Shown in pieces: positions 55,290 through 64,000 of a DNA stretch of 64,000 bases; within the stretch, counting starts at the first letter, position 1; each line of letters begins with the position of its first letter. The notes below the pieces were generated by a model that was given only the letters and a program-made list of their open reading frames with translations, had not been told where the DNA came from and made no database searches. The DNA comes from Blastocladiella emersonii ATCC 22665. Taxonomy: Eukaryota; Fungi; Blastocladiomycota. Made by a program: the position numbers and the translations under genes. The DNA is taken from assembly GCA_025594325.1 (NCBI GenBank), contig JANHCV010000014.1, positions 930,001 through 994,000 on the forward strand. The letters run 5' to 3'.

Positions 55290-55867
55290 GCTTTGCCTGC
55301 AGAACGGGCACAATACACATGGACGATCGTGATCCAGCTGCAGCCGCTTCTGAGTGACCAAACGCTTCATAAATCGGGCGCTGTGACCCACGCAGGCTCA
55401 GAACACGCGTTCACGAGATACGTATGTATCCCGCGCGACGGCGTTCGCGTGTCACGCACCATACGCGTGTCAATGCTTTCAACGTACGCCTTTACGGGGC
55501 CAACTCAACGTATCGATGGAACCGGCCAGGGAGGGGGCTGGCAGAACCAGCGGTTTCGGCTGAACGAAGGTCGACGACGCGACGTACAAACGCGTGATTT
55601 CGAAACGCGTTCGCGTTTCTGCGTTCAGCGAGCCAGTTTTCGAGGCCCTTGGCTCTGCGGCTGAAGTGATGCACAGCGAGAAGAAGCTGGAGGTCGTGGG
55701 CCATCTTCTTGTTCCTGCCTCGTAATTCGTGGGCTACTGGCCTGTTCCTGCCTCGTGATTCGCCGCAATACACACTGAAGATCTGATCCATACCCGCGCC
55801 CGCTGCTGAGAAGCCCGCTGCTGAGAAACCATGTATTCACAACCACCGCACCGCGCCCCACTTGCGC

Positions 55868-57753
55868 TCAAAACACGCTCCCGAGCGTCTCGAACCACGA
55901 AATAAGCGTGGGGTCGTTCTCGACGTACGCCTTGAACTCGTCGAACTCAATGTACCCCTTCTCCTCGACGTCGATGTTGTGGAACACGGTGGCCACCATC
56001 TCGACCAGCGCGTCCTGGCTCATCTGCTCCATGATGGGCTGCAGGCGGTCCGGGTTCCCGCTGCTCGCCGCGGCCGCCGCCGCGCTGGCCGCTGCGGCGT
56101 TGTTCCGCGCCGCCACAAGCGCCGCGTGGTGCGCGTCAATGTCGACGGACATGAGCCGGCCGCCAGGCCCTGCGCCGCGCCCGCGCGCGACCGCGGAGGA
56201 AGCCGCGGCCAGCGTCGCGGGGATCGACGCGTGGCCGTACCCGTGGTTGTGCGCCGGGTGCGCGGACGAGGGGGACGCGGCGGTGACGAACGACGCGTGG
56301 ATCGGGGTCGCGGGGACCGAGTCGTCGCCGCCCGATACGAACCCGGACTCGGCCGGGTGCTCCTGGAGCGCGGGTGTCCGAGACGAGGATGCGGCGCTCG
56401 AGGAGGCGGGGCGGCGGTGCGCGTCGGGGTCGTCGCCTTTCTGCCACGGGCGGCCGCCGGGCCCCGTCGAGCTGGAGCCGTCGGCGGCTGCGTCGCCGTC
56501 CTCGCCCGCGTTGCGGTTGCCGTTGTTGGCGTTGTTGTTCCCGACGGCCGATGCGGGGATAGGCGCGGTGAACGCGGCCGAGACGGGCTTGTTGTTATCG
56601 TCGTCAAACGAGGCCATCATCTCCTCCTCCATGGCCTTGACGACGTCGCGGACGAGTTCCATGGACAGGTGGAAGTAGGCCTTGAACATGGCGTGGAGCT
56701 CGGCTTTGGTGATCTTGCCGTCGCCGTCGAGGTCGTACCCGCGGAACGCGCAGGTGATTTTCTCGTCGATCGAGCCCTTGGTGAGCACCGACAGCCCGGC
56801 GACGAGCTCAGGGAACCCGATGTACGCGTCGTCGTCGCGGTCAAAGAACTTGAAGATGCGCTCGGTGATGAGGTTCTTCTCGAGGCCGAGCGGGCCGAGC
56901 GACTGCTCGTAGACGGCGCGCGAAATGCCGCGCGGGTCCGTGGCGAGCGCCTTGAACTGCTCGTACAGCGCCTCGATCTCGAGCTGGTCGAAGTGCGTCG
57001 CGTGCTGCAGCTCGCGTAGCTTGTCGTACGGCAAAATCTCCTCGGCGGCAGTGCCGGGGGCGGCGCGCGCGCCCGGGTAGAAGGGGTTGAGCAGCGCCGT
57101 GCGCGGGTTCGCGAGCGGCGGGATCGGGATCCGGATCTTCAGGAACACGTGCGATTTCTGGTGTACGTCCTGCGCCTCGCAGTTCTCGCACACGTCTACG
57201 CGATGGTGTGGTGTGAGGTCGGGCGCGGGGTCTCGAGAGTGGAGCGTAGTACCAAAGTCGACGCAGTTGGAGCACTTGAACCGGGTGCCGCGGATCGGGC
57301 TCATGCCGCAGTGGTTGCAGGTGATGCCGCGGTGGATGTAGCCCTCTACACACTCAGCGAACATCAGGCCCGCACACGGGACACGGCTCGCGCCTCAAAC
57401 GCACCCTTGCGCGCCTGGTCCTCGGCGATGCTGTACAGGAGGTTGAGCAGGTTTTGGGACTCGGTCTTACCCGCATCCTCGTCGTCCTCGTCCCCCTCCG
57501 CCTCGCCCTTCTTCTTCTTCTTCTTGCCGCCGCTGCCGTCGCTCCCAGCCGATGACCGCCGGCGCGGCGCTGCGGCCGACTCGGACCCGCGCCGCGCGAC
57601 CGCGTCCTCGGGCGTCAGCAGCGGCGCGGTGGAGGCGCCGTCGCGTGTGGCCGGGTTCCGCGCGCCGCCGGCAAAGGCCCAGGCGGCGGTCGACACGGCG
57701 GCGCCGCACACGGCAGAGATGAGGACCGGCACCAGCGTGCTCGTCGTGGACAT
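55868..57753 (-). CDS. ZZ-type zinc finger plus EF-hand protein with an N-terminal hydrophobic anchor
   Basis: HRGITCNHCGMSPIRGTRFKCSNCVDFDVCENC; EF loops DRDDDAYIGFPE, DLDGDGKITKAE and DVEEKGYIEFDE. Confidence 0.9.
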
Positions 57754-57943
57754 TGCAGTGAGTCGGGGGTCGGGTCGGTGTTGATGCGTTGCGTATGGGG
57801 GGTTCGTTGTCGGCGCGGAGAGGGAGGTTGGGTTGAGTGACGCGACGGCGAAACGCGTGCCTCCACCGCCGCCGCGGTCGACGCTTTTTGCGGCGAAGCA
57901 GCGTGAGACACGCCAGCACGACGCACTTACCACCACGAAGCCC

Positions 57944-58684
57944 ATGCAAATGTCGACGTCCACGTCTCCACTCGCTGCAACGTCGTCACGGCAGCGGACC
58001 ACTGCCGCGGCGAGCGCGTCCCCCAAGGCCGACGGATCCGAGGCGGCGCTGCTCGACAACGAGGCGGCGGTGCTCGACGAACAGGAGCAGGAGGAGCTGA
58101 TTGCCAAGTTCCTGCGCGACAACGCCGCCGTCGACCGCGCCTTCAAGGTCGCCATGCTCGCCATGACGCTGCCGCTGTTCGTGCTGTACGTCGCGCCCTC
58201 CCCACTATCGCCCGCCCGCCACTCACCAACCTCCCCACATAGCTCCCTCGCGCAGCTGTGGCAGTACTCCCACGGCGTCACTGGGATCCCGATCCTGTCT
58301 TTCCACACCGCCGTGACCCACCCGTTCCCCGGCCTCGGGTTCGGCACGACCGTCGTCGGATTCCTCGGCCTCGGCCTTCTGCTCGCACACGACCTCGCCG
58401 TGTCGCGGGCGGACCCGTCGGCCGACAGCGTCCCCGCGGTGCAGGCGCGCGCGGGGCGGATCGCTGCGTGGCTGTTCCTGAGCGGCCTCGTGGCGCTCGT
58501 CGTGTTTCTCGCGGGTTTGTTCGCGCCCGCGGACGGGGTGACGCAGACCGGGTGGGAGCGCGTGTTCTGGGCGATCCCCGTGCTCGTCCACGGCGGGTTC
58601 CTGTACTCGGTCCAGGAGATGAAGGCGGTCGTCGCGAGTGTCGTCGGGCTTGAGGAGCTCAAGTTCAAGCTCAAGGGCGCGTGA
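57944..58684 (+). CDS. Small multi-pass membrane protein of unknown function
   Basis: High-GC3 ORF with LDEQEQEELI motif, about 4-5 hydrophobic segments and a probable in-frame intron near 58187-58253. Confidence 0.72.
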   Translation: MQMSTSTSPLAATSSRQRTTAAASASPKADGSEAALLDNEAAVLDEQEQEELIAKFLRDNAAVDRAFKVAMLAMTLPLFVLYVAPSPLSPARHSPTSPHSSLAQLWQYSHGVTGIPILSFHTAVTHPFPGLGFGTTVVGFLGLGLLLAHDLAVSRADPSADSVPAVQARAGRIAAWLFLSGLVALVVFLAGLFAPADGVTQTGWERVFWAIPVLVHGGFLYSVQEMKAVVASVVGLEELKFKLKGA

Positions 58685-58844
58685 GGGAAGGAATATATGC
58701 ACTTGTACCAGCTGGTTTGGATGTCAGGGGGCGCGTCGTTTATGGTCGCTCACACGCCACACCCTCGCTCTCGCTCTCCCAGCGTCAGCAACCGCCCCAC
58801 TTCCATGCACACAGGCTAGACGCGCGACTCGCCGCAACGCAACC

Positions 58845-59473
58845 ATGTCGACGGACCTGACCAAACGCCCCACGCACCCGCTCCGCCCGTTCGCCGCGCG
58901 GCCCGCCGACGCCGTCTTCTTCGGCTACTTTGCGAGCCACATTGGCTTCTCGCTCGTCATGGACTTCCAGGCGGCGCTCGACGGGCTCGTCACGTACCCG
59001 TGGCCGCTGCGCGGGCTGCACAGCTGGTACATCAAGGTATCAGGCGACCCGCTCATGGGCAACCCGTCGGCGGCGCACCACCGGTGGTTCAAGGCGTTCC
59101 TCGTGTGCGAGCTGCTCGTCCAGTTCCCGTTCTTCTTCCTCGCCAGTCGGCGTATCTACGACGGTACACGACGACGCAGCTTCCCGCCCAAACCTCTCGC
59201 TGACCCCGCCATGTAGACCGCGTGGGCGACCGCACCCGCGCGCTGCTGATCGCGTACGGCGCGCACGTCGCGACGACCATGGTGCCCGTGCTCGACGCGC
59301 TGGTGACGACTGACGCCGTCACGCCCATCCAGCGCGCCGGCTTGTTGGGGGTGTACATCCCGTACCTCGCGGTCCCCGCCGCCCTCGTCTGGCACTACGG
59401 GTGGAAGTGGGCCAGCTACACCAAGAAGCGCGCCGCGTATGCTGCGCGGAAGGCGGATAAGGCGAAGTGGTGA
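58845..59473 (+). CDS. TMEM97: EXPERA-domain membrane protein (TMEM97/sigma-2/Ema19-like); intron 59164-59216
   Basis: FFGYFASHI..SLVMDFQ, DPLMG, WFKAFLVCELLVQFPFFF, YGAHVATT, and YIPYL.VP. Confidence 0.85.
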
Positions 59474-59572
59474 GGGTCGTCGAGCGGTTTTGATGGACAC
59501 GGATGACGAGCAGCGAGGAGGAAGCAAAACTTTTATGAGCACAATACAGGACTCCCACTAAACAACGGTTAC

Positions 59573-60613
59573 TCACGGCAGCGGCAGAATATCGACGCCA
59601 AACAACGCCGCGACGACGCGCGCAATGACGCGGTGCGCGCGCGTCGTCAACGCAAAGTTATCGTCCCAGTAGATATGCGCGCCGGGCACCTGGCACATGG
59701 ACAGCGCGCCGGTCGCGGAATTCCGGTGCAGGCACGAGTCGCGGACGGTCCCGTTGATGGACGGCGGCAGGTTGTAGAAGGCGGGCTCCTGGCTCATGTG
59801 CTCGATGCCCATGTCGACGTTCGCGATCTTGATCTCGGGCGCGCCCGCGGGTCGCCGCGTGTTCATGGCGGCGACCTGCGCCGCGAGCTCCTTGTTGAAC
59901 TCGACCGAGAACGCGTTGAAGGCGGGTTTCGCGGCGGGCATGCGGTTGAACATGGGCAGGGTGCCGAGCGGCGGCATGTTGAGGACGACGACGGCGTACG
60001 CGGGGAGCTTGAACTTGGTGAGCGACAGGTAGTCGATGCGCTCGACGGCGCTCATCAGGTTATCGACGACGCGCTTGGGCTGGGCCAGGGTCAGGTTGAA
60101 GAACGCGTCCTGCGCACCCGCCCACACCGCGTACAGCGTGGCGTTGCGCGGGCCGGGGAGCAGCGAGTCCATGTGGCTCTCGTACATGGCGAGCTGCATG
60201 TTGACGCCGGGCGACGCGACCTCGTAGAACTCGCCCGTGTGCCCGTGCACCAGCGAGTCGTTGGTCGTCGCCCCGCCGTGCGCGTAGTTCTGCAGCGCGG
60301 CCCGCGTGCTCACCGCCTTGTCGGCCGTCGACATGAAGTCGGCCAGGTACTCGGGCCACATGGCGCCGTTCGAGAACCGCCCGTTGTCGTACAGCGGCGC
60401 CGCCGGTGGGTACTTGCGGTCCGTCAGCGCATTGTACGCGTTGCCCGTGTCGGTCCACTCGTCGCCGAAGACGACCACGGTCCCGAACGACGGCGCCGCG
60501 CTGCTGCCGGGTGAGTTCTGCGGCATGGGCGCGGGGACCGCCGCGGCGAGCGAGGCCAGGTGCCCGCACAGGAAGGCCGCGGCGACGAGCGTCTGCATGG
60601 ATGGTGTGTGCAT
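59573..60613 (-). CDS. Secreted GDSL/SGNH-fold protein lacking the catalytic Ser and His
   Basis: Signal peptide; VVFGDEWTDTG, GRFSNGAMWPEYLA, NYAHGGAT, WAGAQD, and YWDDNFALTTRAH. Confidence 0.85.
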   Translation of the reverse strand: MHTPSMQTLVAAAFLCGHLASLAAAVPAPMPQNSPGSSAAPSFGTVVVFGDEWTDTGNAYNALTDRKYPPAAPLYDNGRFSNGAMWPEYLADFMSTADKAVSTRAALQNYAHGGATTNDSLVHGHTGEFYEVASPGVNMQLAMYESHMDSLLPGPRNATLYAVWAGAQDAFFNLTLAQPKRVVDNLMSAVERIDYLSLTKFKLPAYAVVVLNMPPLGTLPMFNRMPAAKPAFNAFSVEFNKELAAQVAAMNTRRPAGAPEIKIANVDMGIEHMSQEPAFYNLPPSINGTVRDSCLHRNSATGALSMCQVPGAHIYWDDNFALTTRAHRVIARVVAALFGVDILPLP

Positions 60614-60839
60614 TGCAAGGTGTTTGTCTGTGTTCGTTGCCGCCCGTGCAGAGCAAGAGGGTTGCGGAGCAGGAGAGGGAGGAGGGAGGGGAGAGAAGCG
60701 AAAGTCAACTGCGGTGCCCGGCCGAGGCGAATCTGCGGTCCCTCGCATCGGCGTTATCGCGCCCATCAGCTTACCTCTCAACCCATCCCTCTGATGAAGC
60801 GAATGAATCCTCGACTCGATGCAATGAACCGAGTGTATA

Positions 60840-63643
60840 TTACAGTGTACCGGGCGCTATCCCCGGCCGCCGCGGACCAGCAGGCTCGACGCGCGCTTCG
60901 TTGGCGACACGGTCGTCCCCTTCTTGCCGCTCGCCAACGCCGCTGGGGGCGCTCCTGGTGGTGCGAGTGGGCCCTTCTACACGTCCACACATGCCGTTAG
61001 CTTGCGCTAGTAGCGAGGCGCAGCGGGGGGAACGCACCTTGGTCCCGCGGAACGCGCCGATCATGGCGCCCTGCGCGCCGCCAGTCTCGACCTCGGCGAT
61101 CGTCGACTTGAGCTGCATCTCGTAGCCGTACATCTTGAGTGGCGCGGGTCCACCAGAACTTGGCGTTCCAGGCGCACTTGACGACGACGCAGCTGCCGCT
61201 GCGGCCGCGACCTCGCGCTCGGCCTGGTACACGCGCTGTGCCGCCGTCAGCACCGCGTCGTCCTCGTGCTCCTTGTACAGCGACACGCGCTGGCCCTGCG
61301 GCGACGTCTACCTCCGCACACGCTGTGTCAGTTTTCGCTACCCAAAAACCCGTAGCCCCGCCGTACCGAACCGCCAACCACGCCATCCTCGTTATACCGC
61401 GGCCCGGGGGGCTCGAGCAGGTCGCCCGTGGTCCCGGAATCCCCGTTGCCGCCGAGCTTCTTCAGCTCGCCCGTCGCAAAGGCCCGCGACATGGTCTTGA
61501 ACCGCTTCAGGTACGACTGCGCGCGGTCCATTTCCTGCCGCTCGATCGTCAGCGTCTCGAACTCGTTGGCGCGCATACGCGTCTACACTCACGCGCGCTC
61601 ACGCGAGTTAGCTTTTGGGCGTCGGGGGCGAAAACGTAGAGTACGTACGACGACGTCGGGCACGCGGATCCGGACCGTCTGGTGCATGACGGGCTGCACC
61701 GTGAGGTCGAGCGCGGCGGCCGCGGTGGCCGGTTGTTGTGTACCGTCGGCGCGACCCGCACCACCGCTCGACTTGTCCTCCATGAGCCGCTGCAGCCGCC
61801 GCGCGCGGTCGCGGCGCGCCTGCTTGGACCGCTGGGCGAGAAACTCCTCGAAGGTGGCGACCATGAGCTTGAACTCGTCGTTGCGTTTCGCGACCTCGTT
61901 CTCGAGGAACTCGATCCACTTCTCGCGCTCGCGGATCTGGCGCTCGAGTTTCCCGTTCGTATCGAGCAGCTCCTCGTGCTGCTGGGCGAGCTCGCCGTAG
62001 TTGCGGGCCACCTCGGACGTCTCGCGCGAGATGCGCTTGAGCATGTTCTCGACCGTGTTCTCGCCGGTCCCCTTCGACTCCATGTTGAGGCGGATCACCT
62101 TGTGACGCAGAAACTCCTTCTCCTGCATGACCTGCGCGTACCGCAGGCGCTCCTGGTCGAGCTGCGCGGCGTGCTTGAGCTCGAGGTCGAGCCGCTGCTC
62201 GTCGCGCTCGGCGAGCGCCTTGTTTTTGGACTCGATGGCGACGAGCAGGTCCTTGATCTTGCCCTCGAGCGTCTTGATGTGCGACGAGAGCTTCTCGGCC
62301 TTCCCCTCGAGCGTCGCGTTCTGGCGCTGCAGCAGCGAGATGACGTGCTTCTGCTCCGACTCCTGCTGGGTCTTGATGCGCTCGAGCTCGAGCGTGTACT
62401 CCTTGCGGACGTTCTCGATGTCGAGCTCGTGCTTCTGCAGCAGCGAGGTGAGGTCGCTGCCCTCGATCAGGTTCATGATCTTGGCGTCCTTGGACACCAT
62501 CATGTCCGAGTAGAACTTGTCCTTGGCCTGGATGATGTACAGGATCTCGTGCTCGTACCGCAGCGACTGGTTGATGAGCTCGTCCTCGAGCTTGCTCGAC
62601 TCGGTGTTGAACAGGAACTCGCACGTGCGCCGGTACTCGTCGAACAGCGTCTGCAGCGTGAACAGCATTGCGTGGTGCTCGACCATCATGGCCCGCTTCT
62701 CGTCGTACTGCTCCTTCTTGTGCGCCTCGAACGCGAGCTTCAGCGCCGCGTACTCGCCCGCCTGCTGCTGCCGGTACGCGTCGTTCTCGATCTTGCTGAC
62801 CTGGATGAACTCCTCGTACTGCTGCTTGACCTGCTCGACGAGCGACTCGAGCCCCTGCATCTGCGTCTGCTGCTCCGAGTACTTGCGGCTCGCTTCGGTG
62901 CTGATGTCCTGGATCTGCCGCTTCTGCCGCTCGATGATCGACTCGGACTCGGACAGCAGCTCCTTGAACTGCGCAATCTGCTTGGACACGTTCGTGTCGA
63001 CGACCGATTTCGCGACTTCGAGCCGCTCCACCTTGACCGTCTCGCGCGACGCACGGAACACGTCGAACTCGGTCTGCAGGTCGCTCAGCTCGCCCTCGAG
63101 CCGGTCTACATATGACAGAGTGTGAGCTGCGTCGCGGGAGCGGTGACAATGAAATAGAGTACCGTTGGCGGCCTCCTGGTTCTCGAGATCCATCTGCAGC
63201 TGCTTGAGCTCCTCCTTGAGCTGCCGGATCTCGTTGTTCTTGCGGTCGATCGTGTACATGGCGTCCTCGAGGTCCTTGGCCGCCGACGTCGTCACGTTGC
63301 CGCCCTGTTCCCAAAAAAACGCGTCAGCTCCGCCCTTGCGTCTCCTACGCGTGTGACGTACCAGACCGCCACCCGTTGTCTTCTTGGCCGCCATGGCTTT
63401 CGCGGCCTTGTCGCTGTCGCGCTGCGACCGCAGCGTGCGGACTTCATCCTCGAGCGACTCGAGCTGGAGCGACTTGCTGAACAGCTATCAGCGCGGGGTC
63501 CGACCGTGAGCGGGGCGGCGGGGTGCGAGCGAGAGGGGAGGGCCGGGCGAGCGGACCTCGCGGTTCTGGACGTGCGCCCGCGCGCGCAGCTCGTTGTTCT
63601 CGGCGAACAGCTGTTGCAGCAACTCGGCGTCGCCTTTCTCCAT
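60840..63643 (-). CDS. Long coiled-coil protein, multi-exon, function unknown
   Basis: High-GC3 E/K/Q/L-rich ORF 61589-63394 plus flanking exons with GT-AG introns. Confidence 0.78.
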
Positions 63644-63848
63644 GGTGGTGATACATGTGGTTTTGAGAGACAGGGAGAGGTGAGGGATCAGCGGACAACG
63701 CGTCGAGACGCGACGCGACGCGTGACGCGGTCACGCGGGGGCTGGGAGACAGGTGGGGCGAGACAGGGTTTGGTTTATAGCGACAGGGAGGGGAACGACA
63801 GCAGAGGGAGGGATTAAATAACACAACAACAACAGCACGACGCGCGCC

Positions 63849-64000
63849 TTACTTGAGCGCAGCCCACTTCCCCGGGTGCTCGGGGACATGCGTCTCGTGG
63901 GTCAAGATATTGTACCCGACGGACCGCGCGTTGGCCTTCGCCTCGAGCTTAGCCGCCGACACGCGGCCCGCGAAAAACGTCCCCGGCATCCGCGCGCGCG
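63849..64000 (-). CDS. 3' end of a gene extending beyond the window
   Basis: RMPGTFFAGRVSAAKLEAKANARSVGYNILTHETHVPEHPGKWAALK* with host-like codon bias. Confidence 0.55.
   Translation of the reverse strand, partial: RARMPGTFFAGRVSAAKLEAKANARSVGYNILTHETHVPEHPGKWAALK

Noticed and set aside
55710-55830. 20-bp direct repeat TGTTCCTGCCTCGT(A/G)ATTCG and a CCCGCTGCTGAGAA duplication; similarly GCTCGCTGAG twice near 14950
   Set aside because: Only two copies each, in intergenic DNA, with no termini or TSD; ordinary local slippage.
1-64000. tRNA, rRNA or snRNA genes
   Set aside because: No cloverleaf, Pol III A/B-box pair or rRNA-like segment was recognised by eye; a tRNAscan-SE or Infernal run would be needed to exclude them.

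Overview
This is GC-rich, intron-containing eukaryotic DNA. Most introns I could resolve are about 50-80 nt GT-AG introns with CTAAC/CTGAC-like branch points. The gene set and the 'WW..SG' ankyrin-like family are most consistent with an early-diverging (zoosporic, Blastocladiomycota-like) fungus; this taxonomy is inference. The window alternates between two compartments. (1) Conserved, very GC3-rich housekeeping genes: MAK11/PAK1IP1-like WD40, MSH3, LSM7, NOL8-like RRM, an SDR, an M20 peptidase, V-ATPase F, a cyclin-Q-like cyclin, a ZZ/EF-hand protein, a TMEM97/EXPERA protein, an SGNH-fold protein and a coiled-coil protein. (2) Accessory blocks of lineage-specific F-box-like genes (a ~800-aa helical family and an ankyrin/LRR family), several of them disrupted. 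Mobile DNA includes a young non-autonomous LTR element at 91-2683 (5-bp TSD, PPT, apparent self-priming PBS, inserted in a host gene). It also includes a Plavaka/CACTA-like TIR element at 39926-43774 (16-bp TIRs, candidate 3-bp TSD) carrying an orphan spliced gene, next to an extra inverted terminus. An intronless 958-aa ORF appears to join a Gag-like domain to ubiquitin-like domains. No rRNA, tRNA or CRISPR array was recognised. All protein-family calls are from motif recognition by eye, not database searches, and intron boundaries are manual.
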